A stretch of DNA of 64,000 nt from Blasia pusilla. Its lineage: Eukaryota. Below, in pieces: positions 40,619 through 54,700 of this stretch. Each line of letters opens with the position of its first letter. The first letter of the stretch is position 1. A program made the position numbers and the translations under genes. Location of the stretch: positions 7,502,001-7,566,000 of the forward strand of contig CM114271.1 in the NCBI GenBank assembly GCA_050084515.1, in the 5' to 3' direction. The notes under the pieces were generated by a model that saw only the letters and a program-made list of their open reading frames with translations, searched no databases and was not told where the DNA came from.

Positions 40619-41541
40619 AGAAGTTGGTCACCACTCATTGATTGAATGCTCCTGGTTTGGACATCTATTCAGTGATCGCCAGATTTTGCAGCGTTTCTGG
40701 CAAAGGCGACGATTCTCTCAAGAAGTTCCGAATCTATCTCGGTTTTCGTTCATGTAGTAAAGCTCTGCTCGCAATGTAGAAATATCTCTAAAAAAATCTC
40801 AGCACTTGCAACTTAACTTCGAGAACTTAATGTCTCATAAATGGACTCGTGCAAAAGAAAGTCGTCTAAACGACAACGTAATAATAATATTCAAGCATGT
40901 TGGAGCTTCGAGAACCAGAAATATGAACATAACAGGAGAATGGTGACATTAGAGAGACACAGAAAAACGTTCAGATATTTTGATAGCAATTTCCTTTCTG
41001 TCCTTCGGTATTGTTTAGTGTATAAATTTACTAGGCTCTACCAGATATCCTTTTGAACTTGCACAACTCAATATATTGCTTGCTCAATGCATTTTTCACC
41101 AATGTGAACTAAAGCCCAAACAACGACCTGCAGAGATGATTTGTTAATCTTGGCCGCTTTTAGACAATCTGTAACCCCTTTTTGACGATCTGTAAGGACA
41201 AACTTCTAAATGTTCCAACTGAAGAAACTCGAAAGGATAAAGGAAAAATTTACATTCGGACTAGTGTTCCAAACAATTAATATCAAAATTCAGATTCTTC
41301 TCGGCACCCTCTTGCAAGAATATTCCAGTGATCAACTAAGAATCCAAACGTGAGTGGGACCAAGTTACTAATGTCCCTAGCTTCTTATGATAGCAGAAAA
41401 TCTGACAACGGAGATATTTGTTTCTTTACGACTCATCGTGGAAGGGATCGTCAGTCCACAATCCACCATTGGTAAGAGCCCTATATGCACCTACACCCTA
41501 AGTAACCAATCGTTTGACTCGATGTGGACACAACCGCAAGT

Positions 41542-44500
41542 TCACTTGCTTGATAAGGTTTTGGAGATGGATTCGCGTATAGCGTGCGAATATGTTTTGT
41601 GCTGGTAGGTAAGGGTAAACTCCAAGAGATCATACAGAGAAGTTTTAGGTTCCCACTCTGCAGACAGCCCCATATCAACTTTTAGTATTGCTCATGAACC
41701 AAAGAACAGAAGTGTGCTACTGGAGAATACTGAATGTGAAGCGATACTTCAACTCTATGGAATTGCACACTAGTGACTTCACATACCGAGCTGTTTGTGG
41801 ACCAGGGTCATGTCTGGAATGCGCCTATCACTGTCATCGTAACCCTCTCCATAAAATTCTTGCGAGGATATATCAACAGTTGTCACCTTGGGTTTAGTTC
41901 TTTCGCTCACTTTACAAAAAATCTGTGGATGGCAACAAAGCAAAGACATTTCCAGCTCAACCCAGCTATGTTCGCTATGGAACCACGGTAAATCGTCAAG
42001 AACCAACCGATGTTAAGACCTAGTTAGCAAGAAAAGAAAACGATTGGGTACAAGCCTGCTACAATCAGTGAGAGTCTGAGACAACCAACAAAAAACCTGA
42101 TCGAATCAACCCATTACTATGGTGCAGCGCGCACATGACCTAAAGTTTCTATATCCAGAAAAACGTAACTGAAATCGACAAGCAAGGCTTCCCAATTACT
42201 TGTAAAGTCCAGATCAGGAACGAGATATTTCAAAGTACTACATCCTCTCAAGGTTGCCAGCAAATGTACAGCTCTATGTTTGCCACTCAACTTTACAGCC
42301 CACTAAACCCAAGAATCATGCGAAGTGAACTAATAGCTCCATGCTCTGAACAAATCATTCATATACCTCTGTCATCAACTCTGCTAATTCTCTGACACTC
42401 GCTTCGTTCTCCGGATTACCCACATTGAATACACGTCCATTCGCTCTTTCAGGATTTTCCTGAAAAAGAGAGCCCAAAAAAGCATTTTCAGCTCAGATCA
42501 ATTTTTTTTGACAAAGGAACAAAGGTGCTTCTCACATCTATGTAAGGGGTCACACAGGCACATCGAAATTCAGATAGACATTACTTACAATGATCCTCAG
42601 AACTGCATCAATAGCATCCTTGATGTAAACAAATGTTCGCTGTGATTGGCCGCCATCCACAAGCTTGAGCGGCTCCCCTTTCATCAAAGCCTAACAGTGA
42701 AGTTCACTCGCCACTAAGCACAGCTGCTAAACTTCTACTGCTTGACCCGCCGACGACAACTGCAACCAGCATCTCGTTGCAAGCCACACCAGCACTCAAT
42801 TGGACAAAAGTATATCCCATTATTTTCAAAGAGTAGAACAAAGATTCACATACCGTGCTGAAGCAAGCAAGGACTCGTGGTACAGCTTCACTGGGTCCAT
42901 CCACTCCAGGAATGAAATCCATGCGAGGACCAATCCAGTTGAAAGGCCTTACAATTGTGAAGCGCAAGTCATTTTCAGCACCCTCCGCTGGCAAAGAAGT
43001 GCATCACAGTATGTATAAGTGACATCAACTCTTGAAATATGAGTGAAGTCTGCAGCAGATGAGACCACGTCTTTTAAGGGTGAACCGGGTCAAGCTTTGT
43101 CTATACCCGCAGTAAGTATATACATGACAAAGGGCTCAATTCAATGTATTCACATATCAGCACTGTGATCTACGCAATTAACATGAATGGCTACCATAGA
43201 CCAGTCGTTCAATCAGTTGCTTTGCACAGGCGTAAGACCATCTCTGTTTCTCAATCGAACCAAAAATGCAGGGTGATTCATCTTCTTTGAGAACATAGAA
43301 AGCTGGATCCTGCAAGCAAGTTGAGAGACCAAGTAACAGTCAGACAAGGCCATTACTTCAAAGTAATCTCAGTATTTACTCTCGCAAACTACAACTCTTC
43401 AAAGAAGGGGCATGCACCATTTGGAGCGGTCAAAGTGCTCCCCAAAATATTTAGATTAGTTTTCGGGGAGTTTCTTCAATTATATTGTCAACCGACACTG
43501 CTGATTTCACTGTTTGATAAATGTGCTTTAGTATACCACGTCTGACATCCAAGGCTAGCCATTCAACTTCTAGTCTGAAGCTCGGCAATCGAATTCTAGA
43601 AGTCCTTTGAAAGAGTACAGTACAAGGTGACAGGATATAACTTCGGAGGAGACACCCAATCGGGGATAAACGTGGGAATAGAAGGCTGGCATCACACAAT
43701 CGCTAGTCCATAAATCTCAAGTCGGCGAGGGTCATAGTTGCCACGGTCAGTGACATTCTTGACAAAGTAAATGTCCTTGTTCCAGACCAACTTAAGTCCA
43801 GCACCTGAGATTACGGACGGAGCAGCTCACCTAAAGGCGCAGACTAACTAGTCGACTACTCTCCTCGAGGCCGATGGAGAAATGGACGAGAATATGTATC
43901 CGACAAGTCCGATTGCTCAGGGACCTTGCATCTGGTGATCGGTTCAACTGCTAATGCTATACTGTTTGACTTTTTAAACACGTGCCAAGCAGGATAATTT
44001 TATACAAGATATCAGCTTATCACTGACCATCTCGACCCTCCACCACGTCGACGTACTTGCGACACACGGGAATAAGAACGTGAGTAATCTTGCTCTTTCA
44101 AGTGATATACACAGACTGTCAGACTGGGGAACGCTTTCGAGGGGAAACCAGAAGGTGCACCGCGGTGTGATTTACCTGGCGCAAAGGGTCATTCTTTGGA
44201 AGAAAGCTTCCGATTGTCTTGCCATAAACTTCGCACGTCGAGAAGTGTATCAGCCGTTTTTTGTAGTCTGTACAATGGCGCACCTGATTGATGACAGAAT
44301 CAACAACTTAGAATCAGAATAGGCCACAGATCCTGGTGTAAGAAAGAGGCGTAATAGCTCGAGCACGGAGATCATTCAAATCCCTACCACTGGTAAAGCA
44401 TCTATGAAATTGCTGTAGATTGTGTCTAGAGGGCGCGTGTTGTAGTCGGCGGGTGTGCAAATGGCCGCCAGGTTGATGACCTGCAAGAGATCAGTCAATG

Positions 44501-45223
44501 GGACCGTTGCTCAGAAAGTAAGGCGCCACAACAATAATGGATTCCGTCACTGAAACGGAATTCGATAAGCGAATGATAACTCCTCCCATCCTCCGATTGC
44601 ACAGAAGAAAGAAATCCCATGGACACAGAAACACAAGAAAAATTAGTAATGGACGTATTACTTGCTTGTACAGGAAGAATCAGACGACTAGGCTTACAAA
44701 GAAGAAAAAAACTTGTCAGCTTGCAACACCACTGGAAAAACTCTCATCTTCCGCAATTGACGTATTTTATCGACATGCCACTGATCCGTTAGCATTTGTC
44801 CTGTTACTGTGCTCGACAATTCTGACTTTGTAAAGTTTGACCATCATGTAATTGTCATGGGCTGAACTGACGTAAAAGAATCTGAATCTTTCGTCTCTTC
44901 GCCCATTCCCACGGGCGACGAGACGAAGGCGAAGAGACGAAAGATTATTCACTACTAACCACATCAGAGAGCCTGATTAGTCCTTCCGTGCGAGAATCGT
45001 GTTTGATGTTGATCTTATAGAACTCAATGCGGTCGCTCCAAGCTTGCCCGGGCTCCAGAAGATGCTGAATCTTGTCGCAATAGATATCAATTGCCTGAAC
45101 ACTATGCTCCGTGTCCCACATAAGCTTTTCACATAGATGAGATCCTATGAAACCACCAGCACCTATAATGCATATCTTGAGAGGTCGTATGCACCTTCCT
45201 TCCAGATCCAGCCTAGGTGCCAT
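41542..45223 (-). CDS. AXS: UDP-D-apiose/UDP-D-xylose synthase, multi-exon
   Basis: 'MAPRLDLEG...ICIIGAGGFIGSHLCEKLM', 'VINLAAICTPADYNTRPL', 'RWSYACAKQL', 'FTIVRPFNWIGPRMDFIPG', 'FYGEGYDDSDRRIPDM'; last exon ends ...KTLSSK*. Confidence 0.95.
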
Positions 45224-47694
45224 GGCTCCTCAGAAGAACAGAGGCCGGCTGCGGTCTCAACAAGCTCGACACCAGAATGCTCACCGAGTAGAGACGCACC
45301 GAGCACGCCGGCTAATTACAAGAGTCAGTTTATAGTCCTCAACGATGATTGCAACGCTCTCCGAATCATGAAATTACGGTGGAAGGGTCTCTTTCAACTG
45401 ATTTTCGAAAACAGATCAAACGCCCGCTAAATCCTCTAACCGGAAGTTCAACGAGTGCGACTCCGAGCGTGAAACAAAAAATCTACCAAGATCAGGTTCA
45501 TAACCTTCAGCTCACTCACACACACACTCTCTCTGCGTGTGTCTATGTCCGAAGCTGATGACGGACTCACTCCCTGCCAAGCAAGGCCAGCACCGAGTTC
45601 TTTACCCAGCGTCTTTCCAACCACTGACGTCGCCGCAATACACCTCTACACAGGAATGTGGCCCGGTCACAACGCCCGTTCGAGGGTCCCACTTTCCTCC
45701 ACCCCAGATCCTTTCCGCATTCACTCCCAGCACCCAGCGCCTGCACGAGTTTACGTGGCACCCGCGATTTTCTGTCTCAGTCTCTCTCAAAGGTGTTTTG
45801 CACATGATGTAACACCACCCCACCAACAAGAGCAGCAGCAACTGACCAGACAGCAACACTCTCTACCCTCGCCTCTCCTAAGCCCCCCTCCCAGCGTCTC
45901 TTCCTCCCCACGCTCCCGGTCATCCTCAGCGCCCCTCTGGCCCCTTCCCATTCATGGTGCGGCCATGTATCTGCACTCGACGGGCGACCGGATCCACATT
46001 ACCGTCCGTTTGGACCCATTCCCATCTCAGCCGTCCATTTTCGATCGGACGCCCCGAGAAATTCAAAGTTTCGATCAACTGCCGGGAATTTCCTGCACTT
46101 ACATAGGCGCCACGGGGACGCCCAACGTTCCGATCATTCTCCTCTTTCATCAAACTGACGGAGATTTTCTCCTTTCCTTCCGTAGCCTGTCTGACCTCTA
46201 ACACACGTGCCGAACTCAACGGGAGCTTTTTAACGGGGAGAATCGTGAATGTTATTCCCACAGCATTCATTGCAGTTCGGATGATGCCTTGAAATTACGA
46301 AATTGTTTCTGTAGAATTTGGGGAAACCATTCTACCCCTATTAGTGGCTTTCCCATCCGCACTCGAAACCCGGGTCTAACCGCTTTCAACCTCGGGAGAA
46401 CCGGGGTTGGATGTTGAACTATCGGGGAGAATTTATAAAACTGACGGTAGAAGTAGGTTCCTTTGTTTGTATCAATGTCCTGGGAGAGGGTCACATGTTG
46501 AGTTGGCCGGATGAAATTCAAAATTATCGATTGAGATAAGAACCGACGGGATTTGTAAGGTCTCATTGGTATTCATGTCGAAATAACCGGCCAGAATTAG
46601 AAAAGTTTCAAAATTTATGGGATGGTTTACCGGGAATGTACCGTTTCTAACGTAAAAACTAGCCGGACCCTGGTTTGTGTCTATTTAACTGACTCAACCG
46701 ACTCAAATGAAGAAAGAAAATTTCAAATTTTACCATTCGGTTTTTAAAGACCGGGAATGTACCGGTTCTCGGTACTACCCGGACCCTGCCATGATGTAAC
46801 CAACTTTCCGCAATAAAGGCGCCCGATTGTGGGATTTAACGGTTCTGTCCTACCTCTCCCTCTAGCTCCCATCCGTCCACAGAAGTTGACAGAACTACAG
46901 CTACTCTAGCATCCTCTGCAGATTTTGAGCATGCGTTCCTCTCCCCTCCCGGGCTATTCCGTAGGTCACCACTCCTCCTCCGAAGTTACGTACCTGAGTC
47001 CTGACTGCCAAGGTCCGTGACCGTCCGTCTCTGCAGTTTCCAATTCAAGATTCTCTGTCTCAAACCACTGTATCCTTTGTAGTTATCCGGCACAATCTTC
47101 CTTTACTATGTGGTATAAACTTGAAAAACGCCGGATTGATACTGTATCCGATGAGTAAAAATGTAGTAGACAGATTCTAGGGACGGGAGCTGGGGCTGCC
47201 CGAAAAGTGTGACAGGTAGTACCTGTTCTTGTATGTCTGAGGAAGACGGAGCCAAGAGCGGGATAAGCGATTCTTTGCCCCATGAGGCAATGAGGCAACC
47301 AGACCGACGTCGAGATAAGGGTACCGGCTCAAATGTCTTAGCACTTTCAGAGCAATTACGTCTTTTGTCTTTTGTACGGCCTGTCCAGTTGGCAGTGGAG
47401 AATGTTTTGCTCGCCAAAAGGGATTAAGTGAAGTCAATGGAGGAAACCAAAGACTTCTTACGTTCTGCACTATTTGCCAGCGACTTCGTCACTTGTGGGG
47501 GTCTAGGGTAGGTTTGTATTCCAATTAAGCGAGGCACAGGGGAGCAGTGCTATTTTAGGCCACTTTATCTTCTCCCATATGACACCACATAACCTTCCTA
47601 TGAATTTCTTTTTTGTCAAGTATGTGTCATGTTTGCGACACTTCAAGGGAGAAAATTTCTAGAAAGTGTTGAACATTCTTAGTTTTTAATGGGA

Positions 47695-48469
47695 ATAGTA
47701 AAAATGCCCATGCGATGCACCGGCGGTTACCAAGCGGTGAAAATCATCCCATGAAGTAAGGTCTGAACATATCAGTCAGAAAGCATGGAATGGTACGGAA
47801 ACCACCTCCATAGGCAATTGTCAAAATCCACTTGATCGCACAGAAGCCATTGTAGTTTTTTTGGTTGATAAGGCAACATGGAAACGATGATGATCTGCGC
47901 CACCAAGTTGATGCAGAGACGAATTGGCGAGAAAATGGAGTACTCAAGTTTAATGTTTTGATGAAGAAATCAGATGTCAACAACTTTATACTCTCCCTGC
48001 AATCATCCACAACCTCCTTGTAAGTCTATAGTATGAAGTACGTATAGGCCCTCTAACACAATACTGTGGCAAAAACCTATCCGTGCATAATAGACTGTGT
48101 GTGCAAATGGATAGCCAATTGCCGTTGGTCTTTCCGCATAACTACATGGCCCTTTTCTAGCAATCAAACTCCAAACAAAGCATTGTTGTTGGAATGGATC
48201 ATGCCTTTCCCTCCACTGAAATTTTCCTTCGCACACTTCAGTCAAAGCGCTACAAATTTCATGGCGATTCTTCAACTCCTCCACATCATTGTTAAGTCAA
48301 TCCACAACTGTCATGGAGGAATACTCCCAACAACAAACAAAACTAGCAGCAACTGGGTGGATTATCTAACATAGACCATGTGCTACTATATTCAGGTCAT
48401 TTTTCAAATGGATTATTTCTTCCTCTCCAATCCAATAGACCTCCACACAATTCAGTTGAAACACAACAT
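47695..48469 (-). mobile_element. Helitron 3' end related to the one at 19492, with an unidentified degenerate coding fragment
   Basis: Reverse complement GCCGGTGCATCGCATGGGCATT is identical to the 19463 hairpin region and is followed by CTAT (degenerate CTAG). The internal extent is inferred. Confidence 0.6.
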
Positions 48470-49855
48470 TATCGTGCGCATACACATCGCTACACAACAT
48501 ACGTCGTTGTCACCGAACATACACACAAACACGCACGATGCCATGCTAACTCATGGCATCCAAACAACGAGACGAAAAGTACTAAAATATCTCCAATAAA
48601 TCAAGATCCAATCTCTCTCAACACCATAGCTCTCAAATGTGTGCACTCTCATATGTCTCTCTCAATGTCAAACCAAACCCACTTTCCTAATGAAAGGCTT
48701 GGGTTACACTCACAAGGCAAGCAAGACCATAGCTCCGCCCCCTCATGCCAAGAGGTTCAACAAAGAGAGAATGAGCTCTCAAGTTCTCTCTCTCTTGGAG
48801 GTATACCCCCTTCCCTCTCCCAAGCTCTCTCCTCGATAACCTATGCTCACAAGTCACCTCCTTGGCTCTTGACCTGCTATAGCGGATCAAGGGCCACTTC
48901 CCAAAGTGGAAAGTCAACTATACTCCAAATTGAAACTTACCCAAAATAGTAAGTTTCTCTATATGGCTCCAAATGAGCCGAAAAGAAGGGGAAACCTGCT
49001 CTCTCACGTTTCCCGGGGCCTGAGTAGGTCATCCTCAACCTCCTGAGTCTGTCCTCCACTACTTGTGAAGGCGCTCTACTAGATCTCACCGATCTATCCT
49101 AAAAGTCGTGATAGTTGTCGTGCGCATACACATCGCTACACAACATACATCGTTGTCACCGAACATACACACAAACATGCACGATCCCATGCTAACTCAC
49201 GGCATCCAAACAACGAGATGAGAAGTACTAAAATATCTCCAATCGCCCCCCTAGTTGGTAGTTAGGTCCCTCTAACTCCACATAGCCATCTATCCCTACC
49301 TACCATGACATACATCTCTCGGACGCTAAGAGAAAAAAGACCAAGTGCTCATGTGGCCTCATCGTTAGTCGCCTTCTTGTCATCCATGTCACAGACACAA
49401 GTCAGAATCTAGAATTACCTTCTCTATGTACATCTGGGATACATCCATCGTCCCTCATGAACCGTAGTTAAAGGTGGCGTCAGACATGCTATATGCCATC
49501 CTCTTGAACACCCATCACAGACTAGCATAGTGGCTGCACCACGGGCGGAACCACACAACATACACCGCAAGCCTGCAGGAACTACTGCTAGCCTCGGATC
49601 AACTATACCGTCAATGTTAGGAAGGTGACATGGCGCACAGTTATGCACATGGTCCTTCCAAACCATACTATTGCGTCCCTCCAATAAGAGAACACTAGAT
49701 GGAAAAATCTCACCCACTCTCAAGATGGTGCGCCCTGCAGTCACATCCAACGTCGTGGGTATCATATGTTGCAAGTAGACATAGTCTCCCTGATGAAACC
49801 TTCGGATAGTAGGTCGATAACCACCTCCTCGAATAGTCGCATACCTCAATGTATC
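48470..49855 (-). mobile_element. PHD-gypsy family copy 3: 3' part (integrase C-terminus, PHD, B-AC-A-B end)
   Basis: PHD in ORF 49424-49990; B1 49116-49243, spacer 49114-49115, A 48598-49113, B2 48470-48597. The element continues at 59151. Confidence 0.9.
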
Positions 49856-51789
49856 TGTCACATTTGAGTAGCCGATAGGCCGAGATCTATCGTGGATAGG
49901 GCGTAGGAGCCAGCGGACTATCTTGAGTGTAACTTTGTCCCATAGTGTTGGATGAGGTTGAGGATAGGTCCATTGTGTCAGGAACGTCATTTCTGAAAAT
50001 TTTCATGTTGAGGTCTTTTACAGCCGGGTGACTTGTTGACCAGGTCACCCGCCCCTGGTAACCTGTACGCGCAGGTTACCAAGGGGACGGCTATTTTTAG
50101 GGGATGAGCCTTTTGGCTCTTCCCAACCCTATATAAGAGAGGAAGATGGCTTTACTAAGCCATCTTTCTCATGTTGGGCGGTTGGAGCATCTCCCTTGTA
50201 TGTGTGTGAGATAGGACTAGGGTGCTAGCGTCCTGATTCCTTGATAGCACAGGGTGGACGAGGCTCGATATGCCGATGTAAATTGAGGAGTGGAGTTTTA
50301 GGCCAATTGTGCCATTTTTACTATTCTTTATTTTTACATGAGAAAGATGTCAGGGGGCTGGTGGGAATTCGTCGTTGCAGGTAGGCAAGCGAGTTGCCTT
50401 GGTTGGGAGCCCGTGGAGACGTTGGTTGGCGTCGTATTTGTCATTTTTTTTGTTCGGAAGACCGTGGGCGGAAGCGCTGTCCGTTTTTCTCAGATTTTGT
50501 TGGTGCACAGGGATTGGGGACAGCGGCAGAGTGTAGTACGGAGTGGGCGTCAGGTGTACGCAAGTGAGGGTGTCGAGAGAGAGAAAAAAAAAAGAGTTTG
50601 AGGCTTGCAGCCATCGGGGGCTGTCAAGTAAAAGCGGCTAGCTAGGGGTCTAGAACTAGGGTTAGGGCGCGGACGGGAAAAAGAGCGGCGACGGGTGGAA
50701 GGGCGCAGACAGGCAGCGACGGGTGGAAGGGCATGGACGGGCGGCGACGGACTTTGGGGAGGCCCGCGTTCTCCCCACCCTCCAACCCCGCATTTACATC
50801 CCATAGGGGTTTGGGCCCGTAAGGCCCTCCCACCCCCCGTCCTCCCTCTCTTCCACCGTAGTTTGAGAGGGTTCCCCCTCCCCTGCATTTAGTACCCTAT
50901 AGGGATGCAGGCCCGGAAGGCCCCCCCCCCCCCTCGCATTTAGGACCCAAGGAGCCCGCATAGGGCCGCGGGCCAGGTTTTTCTCCCATCAACGTGGTAT
51001 GGCACATGCGGATGTGGTCAGGACCAAGTGGATGTGGTGGAGTTGCAGGGGCTGAACGTGGTAGGGCAGGCCGACATGGCACCACAGTTGACGGGAGTGA
51101 CGTGGTAAAGTCGGACGTAGTTGGAAGGGAAGACATGGTTGGGGTCCGACGTGGTTGAGTTCGGTTATGCAGTGGAGAGTTCTACGGGACTTAGTGTCTC
51201 ACGAGCGTGGATGGGATTCGCGATAGGACTTTGTCGATTGTTACGAGTAGGTTGGGAGGATGCCTCATTAGTTCTTCACTAACTGGGAATTGCGAGGGTT
51301 GTGATGGGGACATACGAACCTACACTGACGAGAGGTTTGACGTGTTGGTCGAGGAGAGTGTTGTGTTGCGGAGATTGTCATATCATGTGGAGGAGTGCAT
51401 GTTGACGGTGCAGCAGGTTGGAGGGCGTGATCAGGTTACCCATTCGAGTCCCTTTTCCCGCACTTTTCCTGTGTGATTGAGAGTGTTGGTATCGGGTAGT
51501 AGCTGGTGCTAGGTGGGTGCAGTGATGGTGGAGAGTGTAGATTCTTTTCATGTGTAGCATGTTGGTGGATATACGGCGGTTGCCGAGTAGGGGTCGCGTG
51601 TATGACTCGAGAGAGTGTCGCTAGGTTAGGTAAGTCAGTTGGGAGGCTCATGGTGAGCCCGAGTGTTGAGCGTGCGTGGGGCCGGGTATGTCATCACGGG
51701 ATTGATGTTAGCATAGGTGAGCTAGTGAGGCATGTGGGAGACTCTCGGTGAGTCTGAGTGCTTGAGCGGGTGAGACAGGGTTTGTCATC

Positions 51790-54700
51790 ATGGCGTTCTT
51801 CCAAGGTTCAGAAGAACGGGGTAGTGCGAGCAGTAGTAGTGGTGTGACACGGAGTGGAGTGAGATACTGAGGGGTTACCAGTGAGGAGCTACCTCGACAT
51901 CCATCCGTGGCTGGATCGTCATCACTGGACACTGGGTCTGGTGACGAGATCACAGATAGAGACAATAGTACTTGGCAGGAGATGGACGACATGGGCCATC
52001 GGGGCATGCGTCGTTTCTTGGGTGCAGTGGGCACCATTGACTTAGATGATTTTATCCAGTAGTTTGACACATGCTGTGACTTCTTGGAGATACGGACCCC
52101 GACACGATTCAACCCTTTCATGGCATAGAAGGGGTTATTCCAGCACTTGGAGGATCCTCCGATGGATGACTACATGGATTTTTTATCACTATATTCAGTA
52201 GAGATCGATGCCTGGAGGATGTATTGGGCTCCAGGGTATGTGTCCACTAGTGGTCGCGAGGCATATGATGGGATTGTGAGAGGGGAGAGACCCACACCAT
52301 CAGCCAGGAGACTAGATGGAGAGGAGGGCAATGAGACAAGCGATGTGGCAGAGACCTCTGGTGGTAGAGGGCCACCCAGCTTCAGCCCCACAGTGGAGTT
52401 CTTCCGACAGTTGGGGAAGAGCTACTAGGGCATACGCACCAACAAGCTGAAGAGTCTACAGGATTCTCAGCGACGATCGGGTGAGAGTCTGAGAGAGGCA
52501 TTCACACGCATGAGGAGGCTGATCATTGCTACGTTTGGAGTGAGTGAGGTGCAGTCAGTCCAGTATTGGTACGGGGTTTTGGACCGAGAACTACGGAGGA
52601 GAGTCCGAGATGCGGTGCTGATTCACACAGCGAAGCCCACATTGAAGGTGGTCTTTGAGTTGTCTGAGCGTATTGAGCTCAACATGAGTGAGGAGCAGGT
52701 AGTGACCGCTGGATTTTCTCGAGAGTTGACGGGTCCACGAGCGACGGTGACCCCACAGGTGCCACAACAAGCACCAGTACTATGGGAGCGGGCCAGTGTG
52801 CCTAGAGAGCGGGGCGGGTAGCGTGAGCCTATGAGGCAACGACCCGTACCTACATATGTTGCCCAGCAAGGACCGATGTGGTCTTGTAGGACGTGTGGAG
52901 GGGCCCATGGGCAGAGAGACTGCCCACAGCATGGAGAGGACCACCACTGCCTCCGATTGCTCAAGAGCCACAGAGGATGGCCCACCACAACACCAGTGTG
53001 ACCATTGCCACAGATATGGTCACACTAGGGATAGATGTTTTGACCTTTGCCGAGGGGCACGTCCAGAGGTAGGCCGAGGGCCTGGGGGCGGTCGTCCTGG
53101 AGGAGGTTGGGGAGTTCACCCTGGACGTGGTGGTAGAGGACCACCACCAGCCAGAGGAGATGAAGCAAGAGCACCAGACCTGGCACTTCTCTCATGCATC
53201 GATCAGTTGGAGCAGAGGATTGCTGCCCTGATGATGATGCAGCTTAGGGAAGGCACGCAGTTGCAAGCAACTAATGTGACTCCAGCTTTTACCTCTTACC
53301 TTGACCCGGGTGAGGATCTCGCCAGTATGGGATTTATGTATAGTGCATCCCAGGTTGAGGCAGCTGTAGTGGTGACTCGGGGTGCTGCGAGAGGCACCGA
53401 GCCATCGAGAGGTGGAGTTGAGATTGACCCACCAGAGGGGACCGATGGGCGGCAGGCCAAGGTTCCATAGTCGTTCACATTGTCGGAGGCACTACAGACA
53501 CCATCGATGGTGCCTCGACGACGAGCGGTGCCTACAGTTCAGGCACCAACGTCGACGTCACGAGGAGTTGGAGTGACAACTCCTATGCTGGCTTGAGTGG
53601 AGTCAGTGTTGACCATAGTGTTGGAGGTGGCCACCAGAGTGAGTCAGACTCCGCTATTTTCCGCCCTAGAGTTGGCGACGTTGGGGGTTAGACCAACTGA
53701 GGTGTTCTGGTTGGCTGCCACGTTGTGTGAGCATGGAGAGATGACCGCTTCTTGTTCAGAGGTAGTTGAGGAGGTGGTGGACTTGCCCTCAGAGCCGGTG
53801 CTTGGGACGTTTCACACAGAGTCATGGCATGCGGCGGTGGCGAAGTTGGTAGATATGCCAGCTCGACCGGCCATAGAACGAGCAGTGGTGACACCTGGAG
53901 TAGTGTTACTGGATAACCGAGCTGGAGTATTTCGCTTGGTTAGTTCGACGAGGACAGTATACCACTTGTAGCGCGTCTTACTTGATTCGGAGCGCAACCC
54001 TTGATGTTAGGGAAGGCGGCGTGTTTAGCATTGGGGTTACGGAAGGCCGACATTGAGCCTTGTCCCTTCTAGATACAGACCTCGATTGGGGGCGTATCAC
54101 CCACTCAGTATATGACTCGACATGAGATTGTTGTCAAAATCCAGCCAGAGCATGCGACGGATAATGCTGTGGTGCGCACACGTGCGATTACGACACCAGC
54201 TGAGTCGTACGATGTGTTGGTGGGGAGTACAATGTTATATCCCCTAGGATTCATCCTTGACACCGTTGCTTATCAGCCAGGATGGCGGTCAGGTGACGGC
54301 CGGATGAGTCAGTTACCCTTGCAGTTTGCGGGACGAAGTGGTCAATCACGAGGCGAGTCTGTGACCACGTTGGCAGCTTTCACAGGTAGTGTTAGCTGGC
54401 CAGGAGAGTTGTTGGAGGGGAACGCACATGCGGAGGATGTCCCAGTAGCGGATAGTCCTATGGAGAGACAGGCCATGGCGGGTGTCTCTTCCCATGTTGG
54501 CGAGGCCTCTTCACCATTGTGGGGTACGACTCGAGAGCTACAGAGGAGTGCCGACGACCTCGTGAGGCAGGCGTGGGGTCATGTTTTTATCCCAGAGCAG
54601 CGAGAGTCACGTGGCGATTGGGCTCTTGGAGTGGAGACGTTCACCCCATTGGATACCACACCTGTTGTGTGGCAGTGCCCAGAGGAGGGTGTTAGGGTGT

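Noticed and set aside
45539-46270. 220-aa Pro/Ser-rich ORF upstream of AXS
   Set aside because: No recognisable domain; pyrimidine-rich promoter/UTR-like composition.
46360-46790. ACCGG-rich region with two CCGGACCCTG motifs (hAT-like end)
   Set aside because: No matching opposite TIR or TSD found; at most a remnant.
48380-48949. 189-aa ORF with a similar ORF at 5746-5979
   Set aside because: It lies antisense within terminal block A; the similarity simply reflects the DNA repeat.
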